Below, one piece after another: positions 1 through 9,884 of a stretch of 64,000 bases of DNA; the stretch's first letter is position 1, and every line of letters starts with the position of its first letter. This DNA comes from Gammaproteobacteria bacterium. Lineage in GTDB: Bacteria; Pseudomonadota; Gammaproteobacteria; DSM-16500. Position numbers and translations under genes: made by a program. The notes under the pieces were generated by a model that made no database searches, was not told the origin of the DNA, and was given only the letters and a program-made list of their open reading frames with translations. Location of the stretch: contig JAJPJH010000107.1 in the NCBI GenBank assembly GCA_021324335.1, positions 7,362 to 71,361 of the forward strand. The letters are read 5' to 3'.

Positions 1-765
1 CTCTTTCATGGTTTTGAGGGCATTCTGTTCATTTTCCTTGGCAGCCTTATCCTTGGCACTTGAAGCGCAAGCAGTAATAGAGCCAGCTTGGTAAGTCCCT
101 AATTGTTTGGAAACAATATCGAGTAGATTTTCTAATGTACGGGAATTTTTTTTATTAATTGATTTATTTAATTCCTCAAAACCAATTCGGCGTAATGAAA
201 GTATGCTCTGGTCTAAATAAATGTGATTCGGACTTAATGGTTTGGAAATGACAGGATCAAGCGGGTGATTCCACGTGCTGAATGTATCGTAACTACCATT
301 TGTTCCATACAGGGTAATGGCGGGAACAAAAATATTGCTTTTGATAATGGGGCATCGATTGATATTGGCAGTTATATTAGCAGTTAAAGTGGCAATTTTT
401 TCTTTTTTCGAATTAACATCTTTGAGACGGATTAATTCGTTTGCTAATCCTCTATTAAAAGGGAGGTTGGAGAGATTAAAATCGCTATTTATTTTCTCAC
501 TGAGTGTTGTTAATGAGATGGTTTGTTCACCTGTTGTTTTAAAGAAAATTTCTTTATTAGAAGAATTTTGTTCTGCATTTAAAAGATGAGGGATGAAATA
601 CGTATTGCCTTTAGTATCTACGATAAAAAGCTTACTAATGATTTCATCACTCTTACCTTTCTGCAGCGATTGAGGGAGCTTAGCCAAGGATTCTTCTGAC
701 AGTTCATTTTTAATAAACCGTATTAGATGAGTATAATTTTTAAAAATGAGCGGTTGGAAAAGCAT
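1..765 (-). CDS. hypothetical protein, N-terminal 255 aa only (gene runs off window start); paralogue of 1895..3418
   Basis: Absent from the ORF track because it is open at the window edge. My translation starts at the ATG (cat at 763-765, AAGGGA 5 nt upstream). It gives MLFQPLIFKNYTHLIRFIKNELSEESLAKLPQSLQ...KLFIVDTKGNTYFIPHLLNAEQNSSNKEIFFK...LPFNRGLANELIRLK. This is colinear with KLFLVSTNGHIYFLPDLLDPHNEEKGGNAEIFFK...LPYCRGLARELNELK of the neighbouring gene. The frame stays open to position 1. Confidence 0.6.
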   Translation of the reverse strand, partial: MLFQPLIFKNYTHLIRFIKNELSEESLAKLPQSLQKGKSDEIISKLFIVDTKGNTYFIPHLLNAEQNSSNKEIFFKTTGEQTISLTTLSEKINSDFNLSNLPFNRGLANELIRLKDVNSKKEKIATLTANITANINRCPIIKSNIFVPAITLYGTNGSYDTFSTWNHPLDPVISKPLSPNHIYLDQSILSLRRIGFEELNKSINKKNSRTLENLLDIVSKQLGTYQAGSITACASSAKDKAAKENEQNALKTMKE

Positions 766-860
766 GAATCCCTTCTCGCTTTGGTTATGTTGCTGAATTT
801 ATTGAAAAATAGCATAGGAAGATTAACAAATTCTTAAGGGCTCTGAATAGCATTAAAGCG

Positions 861-1849
861 TTAGGGCAATCTCACTAAAGTTTAGAAATTGATCACAAAA
901 TGGATCGAAGTTTTACTTTTTAGAAGAAGCTAGTAAAAATATAAAAATAATTTCAGAAAAGTATTAAAAATCAAGCTCCTACAAAGTATATTCTGCATTG
1001 ACCAAAACACAAAAATATACAATGAGGAGCTGATTATGAGCCAGAATACAGAACCATTTATTGATGGGCAAGCGTTGATGAATGCTTTTTCTTCGTTGCG
1101 CGATCCCTGCACTCAAGGCCGCTGTTTACATCGACTAAGCGATATTATATTTATCACGATTTGCGCTATTATTTGTGGTGCACAGCATTGGAATGAAATA
1201 GAGGAGTTTGGCCACCAGCGTATTGCTTGGTTTAAATGATATATTATTTTAGAGAATGGTATCCCAAGCCACCAAACTTTTTGCCGAGTGTTTTCTCTTG
1301 TTCCAGCCGAAGAAATATTAACTTGTTTTATTGATTGGTCTATATCAAATACGGTTTTAAATCCAAATGATATAATCGCTATTGATGGCAAAACGCTCAA
1401 AAAATCCGGCAATGAAGCTATTGATCAAAAGCCTTTACATCTTATTAATGCCGATGTCACTAACAAAGGTATCACCATTGATGCGATGGGAACACAAAAA
1501 GGCATTGCAAACCTTATTGTTTTAAAGGGTGCAGATTATGTATTGGCCTTGAAGAAAAATCATCAACATCTATATAAAAGAGTAAAAAATCTATTTGAAA
1601 TAGCGGAAAAAAGGAGTTATCAAGCGATGGTTTATAAAGAGAATATCACTCGTGATTATGATCATTCGCGATGCGAGAAACGAGAATATACTTTTCTTCC
1701 CATCATGTATCTTCCCGTAGAAAAAGAAAATTGGAGAGGATTACAAACGGTTATTCGCGTGAAATCAACTCGTCACTTGGGAAGCAAGAAAGAAGAAGCT
1801 TTTCGATAAGAAATTGATCAATTTCTAAACTTTGGTGAGATTGTCCTAA
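861..1849 (+). mobile_element. ISAs1-family (H-repeat type) insertion sequence remnant with intact terminal inverted repeats and 8-bp target duplication
   Basis: Left IR 861-895 is ttagggcaatctcactaaagtttagaaattgatca. Right IR 1815-1849 is its reverse complement, 33/35 identical. The direct repeat ttaaagcg lies at 853-860 and 1850-1857. The internal transposase frame is decayed. Confidence 0.8.
1036..1809 (+). pseudogene. ISAs1-family transposase, decayed (in-frame TGA at 1237-1239 plus internal and C-terminal deletions)
   Basis: ORFs 1036..1239 and 1288..1809 are in the same frame. The N-terminus DPCTQGRCLHRLSDIIFITICAIICGAQHWNEIEEFG...ENGIPSHQTFCRVF is typical of ISAs1/H-repeat transposases. 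IAIDGKTL...ITIDAMGTQK...ADYVLALKKN is retained, but the segment between them is much shorter than in intact family members. Confidence 0.75.
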
Positions 1850-1894
1850 TTAAAGCGTTGTATTTGCCCTGAACTAATCAATCCTGCTAAATAC

Positions 1895-3418
1895 TTACAT
1901 ACGAGGAGACGGATTAACCCGTTGAACGTTTACCTCCGTTGTTGCTGCTGGCCCAAGGTTATTAAGTAGGGTGAAGGGAAGAGCAGAAAATGATGTGGAA
2001 GTGACAGCTGGGTTAACAGAGCGATTCTGGTTTCTCTTATATGTTTCGTGGATGGCTTGATCTACCACTGCAATAGCTTTCTCGTTCTTCTCTGAGAGTA
2101 GTTTAATTTTTTCATAAGTTTCATCATAGCGAGGTTGATTTTTCTCCTGGTTCGCCTTAGCTTGATTGAGCTCTTCTTCTTTTGAGGCAAGGCTTTCCTC
2201 ATTTAGATGAAGAGTGTTAGTTAACTCGCTATATTTTTCTCTCTGATTTCTCGCAGCGAAAATGAATCCCGCCAATCCTACTAGTCCCGTTAGACCAATG
2301 GCAATAATGAGAATGGCCGGCAAAAGAGGGGGTAAAAATAGACTTAGACCTATCGTCAGAATGGCCACTCCCCCTGCCAACGCGCTGTAGAAATAGCTTT
2401 TCTTCTTATGGGAAGGGGCTTGTTGCTTAAGTTTCTCCGTGGCGTTCTTTAAATCATCAATTTCTCTCTGTTTATTTTGGATAAAAAACTTTGCATGACT
2501 AGCAGCTGATAAACAATGCGTAATAGAACCCAATGAGATATGCTTATTGGACTCAATACCCTTTTGATTTAAGAGCTGAGTCTTGAATCTATCTAGTTCT
2601 CCTAAACTGAGTTTATTCTTGGCATCTTTTGCATTGTTAGCTAATTTTATCGTTTCATTTATCCCAAGTAGACGTAATGAAAAGGTAGCCTCATCTAAAA
2701 AAATTTGTTCCTGAGTTAATGGGCAAGAGTTAACAGGATCTTTTTGCTGTGTTTTAAATAATCGCGATTGACTTAGTTCACCGTAATTATAGTTATTACC
2801 ATAAATCGTTATTTCTGAAATAATGATGGGGTCTCGGCTAATAGGAGATTGAATTTTATTCTTAGTCAACGTAAGAAGATTAGTAGTGATATGCTGATGG
2901 ATAAATCTCCGTTGTCTAGCAATAATTTTTTTCTCTATCGTTCGCCGCTGTTGGGCTGTTTTTTTAATTTGTTGTTTTAAATCTGGCTTTTCTGTTTGAG
3001 TTTTTAGTTTCTGGACCGAAGATAGATTTTCGAAGCAGGATTTATCTGCGTGATATTCTGCTTTTAATTCATTTAGCTCACGTGCTAACCCACGGCAATA
3101 AGGTAGACTTAAATAATCAATATTACCAATAAGCTTATCCGCTGAAATAATATTTTCCTCGTTTTTATCAACTATTTTGAAGAAAATTTCTGCGTTCCCT
3201 CCTTTTTCTTCATTGTGAGGATCTAAAAGATCGGGGAGAAAATAGATATGTCCATTAGTACTCACCAAGAAAAGTTTATAAAGATCTTCATCCGATGTTG
3301 GCTGAAGTGCTGGAGGGAGATGAGCCCAAGTAGGGGGTTCTAATCGTTGAGTAATAAACTCGATAAGCTGATTATAATCTGTGAAAATAACTTTTGACTG
3401 CGTAAAAAACGTTGGCAT
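1895..3418 (-). CDS. hypothetical coiled-coil protein with a C-proximal two-helix hydrophobic hairpin (effector-like)
   Basis: ORF 1895..3550. I prefer the start at M45 (ATG 3418, GAGAGG upstream, MPTFFTQSKV) because upstream of it lies a repeated non-coding segment. Hydrophobic stretch: YFYSALAGGVAILTIGLSLFLPPLLPAILIIAIGLTGLVGLAGFIFAA. No recognisable enzyme motif. Confidence 0.7.
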   Translation of the reverse strand: MPTFFTQSKVIFTDYNQLIEFITQRLEPPTWAHLPPALQPTSDEDLYKLFLVSTNGHIYFLPDLLDPHNEEKGGNAEIFFKIVDKNEENIISADKLIGNIDYLSLPYCRGLARELNELKAEYHADKSCFENLSSVQKLKTQTEKPDLKQQIKKTAQQRRTIEKKIIARQRRFIHQHITTNLLTLTKNKIQSPISRDPIIISEITIYGNNYNYGELSQSRLFKTQQKDPVNSCPLTQEQIFLDEATFSLRLLGINETIKLANNAKDAKNKLSLGELDRFKTQLLNQKGIESNKHISLGSITHCLSAASHAKFFIQNKQREIDDLKNATEKLKQQAPSHKKKSYFYSALAGGVAILTIGLSLFLPPLLPAILIIAIGLTGLVGLAGFIFAARNQREKYSELTNTLHLNEESLASKEEELNQAKANQEKNQPRYDETYEKIKLLSEKNEKAIAVVDQAIHETYKRNQNRSVNPAVTSTSFSALPFTLLNNLGPAATTEVNVQRVNPSPRM

Positions 3419-3440
3419 AACTTTACCTCTCTCATTGTTA

Positions 3441-3641
3441 CAGCAAAGCTTTTTACGTCCACTTTTTCGCTTTAGCTGATGATTAATGTGCCCGCAAGCT
3501 GAACTATCAAATCGGCACAACTTCCTAAATCCCTCCTGAGTTTTAGGCAAAAAAAAACCACTGCAGCAAAGCTTTAGTGGTTTAGTCTATCGCTTTAGCT
3601 GTTTATTTAACGTGTCCGCAAGCTGAATCTCAAATCGACAC
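3441..3641. repeat. two copies of a ~79-bp imperfect direct repeat (3441-3519 and 3564-3641, period 123 bp)
   Basis: cagcaaagct...cgctttagctgatgattaatgtgcccgcaagctgaactatcaaatcggcaca aligns with cagcaaagct...cgctttagctgtttatttaacgtgtccgcaagctgaatctcaaatcgacac. The repeat lies in the radC / 1895..3418 intergenic region. Confidence 0.75.
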
Positions 3642-3658
3642 GATAGCGAAATAGCTTA

Positions 3659-4333
3659 CTACGAAATCCCTGCATCCGCAAATGAAAAATTTTCCGGATT
3701 CCCAATAATAATATGATCCACTACGCTCACATCTATTAAGGCCAATGCTTGCTGAATGAGCTTGGTAATTTCTTTATCCGCTGTACTAGGAGCAGGATGA
3801 CCCGACGGATGGTTATGAGCGAGGATCACTTTCGCGGCATTGTGCATGAGAGCACGGCGAACAATTTCCCGTGGATAAATCGCAGCCGAATGAATCGTGC
3901 CGTGGAATAACTCTTCAAAACTGATTAAACGAAAACGGGTATCTAGGAAAAGACAAGCAAAAACTTCATTCGGATAATCCCGTAAACGGTCTGCCAAAAA
4001 TTGTTGGGCAAGCCGGGTATTATCAAGAATCGCACCAGTGGGGAGGGAGGCTTGATAATAGCGCCGGCCCAATTCTAAAGCAGCCTTGAGAGCTGCATAT
4101 TTTGCTCGGCCTATTCCTAGCGTTTGCAGCAAAGCTTGTGGCGGCATGCGCAGTAGTTTCCGTAAGCTACCATATTCGCTCAGTAATGCTTTCGCGATAT
4201 CCAAAGCAGTTTGGCCCCGAACACCTGTTTTTAAGAAAATCGCAATCAATTCCGCATCCGTCAGCGCTTGCTCACCTTTCGTTAAGAGCTTTTCTCGCGG
4301 TCGGTCTTCATTCGGCCAGTCAGTAATGGGCAT
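3659..4333 (-). CDS. radC: RadC/YicR-family JAB-domain protein
   Basis: 224 aa with C-terminal HNHPSGHPAPSTADKEIT (JAMM-like motif) and an N-terminal HhH-like region. The radC-coaBC-dut-algC synteny matches Pseudomonas. Confidence 0.9.
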   Translation of the reverse strand: MPITDWPNEDRPREKLLTKGEQALTDAELIAIFLKTGVRGQTALDIAKALLSEYGSLRKLLRMPPQALLQTLGIGRAKYAALKAALELGRRYYQASLPTGAILDNTRLAQQFLADRLRDYPNEVFACLFLDTRFRLISFEELFHGTIHSAAIYPREIVRRALMHNAAKVILAHNHPSGHPAPSTADKEITKLIQQALALIDVSVVDHIIIGNPENFSFADAGIS

Positions 4334-4388
4334 CGTACTTCTCCTGTGATATCTTTAATCCAAATTATGACGAGGACAGCCAATTTTC

Positions 4389-5597
4389 ATGACGCTATCT
4401 CTAGCAAATAAACAAGTTTTATTAGGCGTGACCGGCAGTATCGCAGCTTATAAAAGTGCGGATTTAGTCCGGCGGTTACGTGAGGCGGGAGCAGTGGTGC
4501 GCGTGGCCATGACGGAAAATGCTAAGCGGTTTATCACCCCTTTGACGATGCAAGCAGTCTCGGGTTTTCCCGTCCATGACGATTTGTTTGATGTCCATGC
4601 TGAAGCAGCTATGGGTCATATCGAACTCGCACGTTGGGCAGATGTGGTAGTGATCGCGCCGGCTACCGCTGGTTTTATGGCTCGCCTTGCCAGTGGCCAG
4701 GCGGATGATTTGCTGACAACCTTGTGTTTAGCCACTAAAGCACCGATTGCGATAGCGCCCGCGATGAATCAAGGGATGTGGAAGCATAGGTTAACCCAGC
4801 AAAACGTGCAAGCATTAAAAAATAAACAAATCCATCTATTAGAACCGGAGGAAGGCAGCCAAGCCTGTGGTGATGTAGGTCCCGGTCGTATGATGGAACC
4901 TACCGAAATAGTCAAAAAAATCACTGCTCTTTTTGAAAATGAAGCACTGAGAGGCCTTAACATTCTCGTGACGGCAGGGCCTACCCATGAAGCTATCGAT
5001 CCTGTTCGATTCCTGACCAATGGCAGCTCCGGCAAGATGGGATACTCCCTTGCCACTGCTGCGCGTGAAGCGGGTGGGCGAGTAACCCTAGTAAGCGGAC
5101 CGACGGCTATCCCGCCTCCACCGCGTGTCGAATATATCCCCGTCATCACAGGTCAAGAGATGTATGAAGAAGTAATGATAAAAATTGCCAAATGTGATAT
5201 CTTTTTGGCCGTTGCAGCGGTAAGTGATTATCGTTGTGAAAAGACAGCTGATCAGAAAATTCATAAAATGGACGCATCCATCCAGATGACGTTAGTGCCT
5301 AACCCCGATATTGCCGCGAGTGTAGGGCAGTTGGCGCAGAAGCCGTTTATCGTTGGTTTTGCTGCCGAAACAGAAAATGTCGAAGAACAGGCGAGGGCAA
5401 AACGTTTACGGAAAAAGATGGATATGATTATCGCCAATCGCGTTGGCCGCGGCGTTGGCATGGGCAGTGATGAAAATGAAGTGACTGTCATCACTGCATC
5501 TGAGGAAGTGCATCTGCCTTCCATGTCTAAACATCGCTTAGCCGCACAATTGGTAAAAATAATTGCGGATGAATTTAAAAGGAAGAGGAAATTATGA
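4389..5597 (+). CDS. coaBC: bifunctional phosphopantothenoylcysteine decarboxylase / phosphopantothenate-cysteine ligase
   Basis: 402 aa. The N-terminal flavoprotein motif is [20 protein letters not shown]. The C-terminal half is DFP-type ligase (AAVSDYR, PNPDI). Confidence 0.93.
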   Translation: MTLSLANKQVLLGVTGSIAAYKSADLVRRLREAGAVVRVAMTENAKRFITPLTMQAVSGFPVHDDLFDVHAEAAMGHIELARWADVVVIAPATAGFMARLASGQADDLLTTLCLATKAPIAIAPAMNQGMWKHRLTQQNVQALKNKQIHLLEPEEGSQACGDVGPGRMMEPTEIVKKITALFENEALRGLNILVTAGPTHEAIDPVRFLTNGSSGKMGYSLATAAREAGGRVTLVSGPTAIPPPPRVEYIPVITGQEMYEEVMIKIAKCDIFLAVAAVSDYRCEKTADQKIHKMDASIQMTLVPNPDIAASVGQLAQKPFIVGFAAETENVEEQARAKRLRKKMDMIIANRVGRGVGMGSDENEVTVITASEEVHLPSMSKHRLAAQLVKIIADEFKRKRKL

Positions 5598-6103
5598 GTG
5601 AGAAATTAATGCAACATGCAAGCGAATCAAAAATGGCACCGACATCGTCAACTTCTATTCAAGTGAAAATCCTCGATGCGCGCATCGGCAAGGAATTTCC
5701 CTTACCGCGATACGAGACGGCTGATGCCGCTGGATTGGATTTGCGTGCTTGCGTTGATGCACCGCTCACTATCGAGCCGGGTCAAACCCAGCTTATCCCA
5801 ACGGGTATTTCCATTTATATCGGCAATCCTCATCTTGCAGCTGTCATTCTTCCGCGCTCTGGTTTAGGACACAAGCACGGTCTGGTGCTAGGCAATCTTG
5901 TCGGTTTAATTGATGCAGATTATCAAGGGCCGCTGATGGTTTCCTGTTGGAACCGCGGTCATGCTGCTTATACGATTGAGCCCGGGGATCGTATTGCCCA
6001 GCTAGTCTTTTTACCCATTGCCCGCGCTCATTTTGAAGTGGTAGAGGAATTTCATTCTACGACTCGTGGGACGGGAGGGTTTGGTCATTCGGGAAAAAAT
6101 TAA
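5594..6103 (+). CDS. dut: dUTP diphosphatase
   Basis: [30 protein letters not shown]...GLIDADYQG...[10 protein letters not shown] are classical dUTPase motifs. The ATGA overlaps the coaBC stop. The N-terminus is about 15 aa longer than E. coli Dut, so an internal start is possible. Confidence 0.92.
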   Translation: MSEKLMQHASESKMAPTSSTSIQVKILDARIGKEFPLPRYETADAAGLDLRACVDAPLTIEPGQTQLIPTGISIYIGNPHLAAVILPRSGLGHKHGLVLGNLVGLIDADYQGPLMVSCWNRGHAAYTIEPGDRIAQLVFLPIARAHFEVVEEFHSTTRGTGGFGHSGKN

Positions 6104-7488
6104 TGTCACAACAATGCTTATTTGATCCTTCCATTTTTCGCGCTTACGATATCCGTGGTGTCGTGGGCAAAACCCTCACGGAAGAAAATATTTACATACT
6201 CGGTAAAGCGATCGCCTCGCTCGTACGCGAACAAGGCGGCCATCAGCTTATTATTGCGAGAGATGGCCGTTTATCCGGTCCTTTACTCTCTGCTGCGTTA
6301 ACGAAAGGAATTCTGTCTACGGGCTGTGATGTCATTGATATTGGCATGGCGCCGACACCGCTCCTTTATTATGCTGTTCATCATAATGAAGAGCACTCGG
6401 GCATTATGTTAACAGGCAGTCATAATCCGCCCGATTACAACGGCTTAAAAATTGTCATCAATGGCGTGACGCTCGCGGAAGAACAAATCCAACAGTTATA
6501 TCAGCGTATTCTCAATCAACAATTTTACGAAGGACAAGGAACGCGGTACGAGCGCGATGTAATAGAGGCTTATCTTCAACACATCATTGACACTATTCAT
6601 CTTCCCCGTCCATTAAAGATTGTAATCGATGCAGGTAATGGTGTGACTGGAATGATTGCACCCGCTTTATTCCGTGCCTTAGGTTGCGAAGTGCATAAAT
6701 TATATTGTGAGGTTGATGGTAACTTTCCTCATCATCATCCTGATCCCAGTCATGTGGAGAATTTAGAAGATCTTATTCGTGTTGTCCGTGAAACACACGC
6801 TGATATAGGGTTAGCTTTTGATGGTGATGGTGATCGCTTAGGTGTCGTTACGGGTATAGGTGAAATTATTAATCCTGATCGATTATTAATGCTGTTCGCC
6901 CATGCATTGTTAGCACAACGGCCCGGCGCAAAAATTATTTATGACGTAAAATGTACGAATCTACTGCAGTCTTTAATTCATTCTTTAAATGGCGAACCGA
7001 TCATGTGGAAAACCGGTCATTCATTAATTAAAGCGAAGATGGCAGAAACCCAAGCACAGCTTGCGGGTGAAATGAGTGGGCATTTTTTCTTTAAAGATCG
7101 GTGGAATGGTTTTGATGATGCCTTATACGCTGGCGCCAGATTGCTGGAGATTTTAGCGCAACAACCAGAGAGCTTATCGATTTTTGCTAGCATTCCTAAC
7201 AGTGTGAGTACCACTGAACTAAAAGTATTAGTTACAGAAGAAGAAAAGTTTCCACTGATGCAGCAACTCAAAGCGTGCGCAGCGTTTCACGAAGCTAAAG
7301 AATTGATGACGATTGATGGGGTACGCGTCAATTTTGCAGAAGGATGGGGATTGTTACGTCCTTCTAATACCACCCCTTATTTGATTTTACGTTTTGAGGC
7401 ATTAAACGAAACAGTATTACAAAAAATTCAAACGCTTTTTCGTGAATGGATGTTATCAGTCAAACCGGATTTAGTATTGCCTTTTTAA
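6103..7488 (+). CDS. algC: phosphomannomutase/phosphoglucomutase
   Basis: Active-site loop TGSHNPPDYNGLK, metal loop FDGDGDRLG, GEMSGH. Synteny with dut. Confidence 0.9.
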   Translation: MSQQCLFDPSIFRAYDIRGVVGKTLTEENIYILGKAIASLVREQGGHQLIIARDGRLSGPLLSAALTKGILSTGCDVIDIGMAPTPLLYYAVHHNEEHSGIMLTGSHNPPDYNGLKIVINGVTLAEEQIQQLYQRILNQQFYEGQGTRYERDVIEAYLQHIIDTIHLPRPLKIVIDAGNGVTGMIAPALFRALGCEVHKLYCEVDGNFPHHHPDPSHVENLEDLIRVVRETHADIGLAFDGDGDRLGVVTGIGEIINPDRLLMLFAHALLAQRPGAKIIYDVKCTNLLQSLIHSLNGEPIMWKTGHSLIKAKMAETQAQLAGEMSGHFFFKDRWNGFDDALYAGARLLEILAQQPESLSIFASIPNSVSTTELKVLVTEEEKFPLMQQLKACAAFHEAKELMTIDGVRVNFAEGWGLLRPSNTTPYLILRFEALNETVLQKIQTLFREWMLSVKPDLVLPF

Positions 7489-7491
7489 TTT

Positions 7492-8694
7492 ATGAATTCT
7501 GACATTATTGTGGTTGGCGGCAATATCATTGGCTTAACGTTTGCACTCGCGCTTGCGCAGCAAACGACATTATCTATCATGGTAGTGGACGCGAATGTAT
7601 TCGCTGATTCGTGGGATCCGTTGGATTACCATCATCGTGTGAGTGCGGTAGCATTATCCTCGCAACGTATTTTTCAATCCTTACAAGTTTGGCAAACAAT
7701 AAAAGAGAAGCGCGTCAGCCCATTTACACATATTCAGGTATGGGATGCAGTAGGCCATGAAATTCAATTTGATAGTTATGCAATAGCAGAGCCACTATTA
7801 GGCTATATTATTGAAAACTCGCTTATGCAAGCTGTGCTGATGGAGAAAATAAAGCAATATCCACAAATCCACTATATGGCCCCTGTGACATTGAAAGCTT
7901 TTCAGCAGTGTGCACAGCACCTTGAATTAATTACCTCAGATAACCGTGTTTTTACGGCAAAACTCGCTGTGGCGGCAGACGGGGCCTCTTCTTGGTTGCG
8001 GCAACAAGCCGAAATTGCTGTGGAACAGTATGATTATCATCAGACGGCTATTGTAGCAGCAGTCAAAACGCAGTTGCCGCACCAAAAAATAGCGAGGCAA
8101 GTTTTTTTACCAACAGGCCCACTCGCTTTCTTACCCTTAATTGACACCCATTTATCCTCCATCGTTTGGTCATTACCAAAAGAAACCGCAGAAGCATACT
8201 TAGCATTAGATGATAAAGGATTTAACGCCACCTTATCGCAAGTTTTTTCTCATCTTGATGAGGGGGTATTAGCAAGTCCGCGTTATTCTTTTCCTTTGTA
8301 TCAACAGCAAGCCAAGCACTATGTCTCATCCCGCGTTGCATTAATTGGCGATGCAGCGCATGTGATTCATCCGCTTGCTGGGCAAGGTTTAAATATGGGA
8401 TTACTTGATGCGGCTAGTCTCGCTGAAGTGATTGCTGAAGCGATTAAAAATCGCCGTAATTTTGCTAGTCTTTCGACATTGCGAGCGTATGAACGATGGC
8501 GCAAGGCAGATAATTCGGCCATGATGACGGGGGTGGATGTCATTAAGACATTTTTTGCTAGCGATAAACAAGCGATTCAAACATTGCGTGGGATGGGGTT
8601 AACTCTGTCGAATAAAATAGCATGGATAAAAAACCAATTTATCTGTCAGGCTGTAGGTAAACGGTTAGGATTGCCAAAATTGGCTAAATACTGA
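7492..8694 (+). CDS. UbiH/UbiF/VisC/COQ6-family FAD-dependent ubiquinone-biosynthesis hydroxylase
   Basis: N-terminal dinucleotide fold DIIVVGGNIIGLTFALAL, and GDAAHVIHPLAGQGLNMGLLDA near the C-terminus. Confidence 0.85.
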   Translation: MNSDIIVVGGNIIGLTFALALAQQTTLSIMVVDANVFADSWDPLDYHHRVSAVALSSQRIFQSLQVWQTIKEKRVSPFTHIQVWDAVGHEIQFDSYAIAEPLLGYIIENSLMQAVLMEKIKQYPQIHYMAPVTLKAFQQCAQHLELITSDNRVFTAKLAVAADGASSWLRQQAEIAVEQYDYHQTAIVAAVKTQLPHQKIARQVFLPTGPLAFLPLIDTHLSSIVWSLPKETAEAYLALDDKGFNATLSQVFSHLDEGVLASPRYSFPLYQQQAKHYVSSRVALIGDAAHVIHPLAGQGLNMGLLDAASLAEVIAEAIKNRRNFASLSTLRAYERWRKADNSAMMTGVDVIKTFFASDKQAIQTLRGMGLTLSNKIAWIKNQFICQAVGKRLGLPKLAKY

Positions 8695-8786
8695 TATCCA
8701 CAAACTACTTCTGTTTTCCTGCCCGAACCGCTATACTCCTCAACCTTTCTTTTATAAAATTGCTGTACATTTTAAGGATTAATCAT

Positions 8787-9869
8787 GTGAGCAAGCGTAC
8801 ACCGTTTTACGATTTACACTTAAAATCTAACGCTAAAATTGTCGATTTCGCCGGCTGGGACATGCCACTACATTATGGTTCACAACTCCAAGAACATCAT
8901 CACGTCAGACAACATGTTGGAATGTTTGATGTCTCCCATATGGGTGTTGTCGATGTACAAGGTGCAGACGCAACAGCCTATTTACGTCGCTTAGTTGCTA
9001 ATAATGTGGACCGCCTGGTAGAAGGGAAAGCACTTTATAGCTGTATGCTGAATGAACAAGGCGGCGTGTTAGATGATTTAATTATTTATAAAATCACTCC
9101 TGATTTTTACCGCATTGTTGTCAATGCAGGCACGAGAGAAAAAGATCTCGCTTGGATGCGCATGCAATCCACTTCTTTTCACGTCACGATTACGGAACGG
9201 CCTGAATTAGCGATGTTGGCGATTCAAGGACCCGAAGCGAAAGAAAAAATTAGTCATTGTCTTCCCAAAGAATGGGTCGAAAGCGTCCTTGCTTTAAAGC
9301 CGTTTACATTTATGAGGCAAGGGGAGTGGTTTATTGCGCGTACAGGTTATACGGGCGAAGATGGTTATGAAATTATTTTCCCTGCGAGTGAAGCTGCTAC
9401 ACTCTGGCAAACTTGTCTCGATGCCGGTATTGTACCTTGTGGCTTAGGGGCACGCGATACGCTGCGTTTAGAAGCAGGGTTAAATCTGTATGGCTCTGAT
9501 ATGGATGAAAGCGTCACCCCACTCGAATCCAATTTAGGCTGGACAGTCGCTATTGATCCTGCTGACCGTTATTTTATTGGCCGAGAGGTGATAGAAGCAC
9601 AATTACAAGAAGGCGTGAAGCGCCGCTTAGTGGGGCTGGTGTTAGAAGGACCCGGCATTATCCGTAACCATCAGCGGGTATTAGTAACAGGCGATGGCGA
9701 AGGAGAAGTGACGAGCGGTGGTTATTCACCGACGTTAGAAAAAAGTATTGCCTTTGCGCGCGTACCAGCAGGAACGGAAATGCAATGTGTAGTGGAAATT
9801 CGCAATAAACCCGTTCCGGCGCGTATGGTTAAGCCTCCGTTTGTACGGCAGGGTAAAAAATTGATTTAG
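8787..9869 (+). CDS. gcvT: glycine cleavage system aminomethyltransferase (T protein)
   Basis: The track ORF starts at TTG 8760. I prefer GTG 8787 (AAGGA 9 nt upstream), giving (M)SKRTPFYDLH, comparable to E. coli MAQQTPLYEQH. FAGWDMPLHYGS and ARDTLRLEAG are present. Confidence 0.9.
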   Translation: MSKRTPFYDLHLKSNAKIVDFAGWDMPLHYGSQLQEHHHVRQHVGMFDVSHMGVVDVQGADATAYLRRLVANNVDRLVEGKALYSCMLNEQGGVLDDLIIYKITPDFYRIVVNAGTREKDLAWMRMQSTSFHVTITERPELAMLAIQGPEAKEKISHCLPKEWVESVLALKPFTFMRQGEWFIARTGYTGEDGYEIIFPASEAATLWQTCLDAGIVPCGLGARDTLRLEAGLNLYGSDMDESVTPLESNLGWTVAIDPADRYFIGREVIEAQLQEGVKRRLVGLVLEGPGIIRNHQRVLVTGDGEGEVTSGGYSPTLEKSIAFARVPAGTEMQCVVEIRNKPVPARMVKPPFVRQGKKLI

Positions 9870-9884
9870 TGTTTGGGAGGATAT

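Noticed and set aside
317-589. 90-aa plus-strand ORF from the track
   Set aside because: It lies antisense inside the much better supported minus-strand ORF 1..765, which has a clear paralogue. Its hydrophobic low-complexity product is typical of antisense reading of AT-rich coding DNA.
4086-5524. Track ORFs antisense to or overlapping radC and coaBC (4086..4349, 4102..4326, 4769..5149, 5261..5524)
   Set aside because: They are embedded in genes with strong family signatures on the other strand. The products are Ala/Arg/Ser/Pro-rich with no motifs. The same reasoning applies to the other short embedded ORFs in the track (for example 7017..7271, 8040..8231, 12035..12238, 17335..17517, 27868..28170, 32186..32443, 42373..42910, 44160..44354, 52370..52702, 53594..53830, 54460..55311, 60534..60892, 62562..63249, 63669..63930).
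8695-8786. Glycine riboswitch upstream of gcvT
   Set aside because: The spacer is only ~90 nt. I see none of the conserved GGAGAG / CACCG / GGGGCAA-type elements of glycine aptamers.
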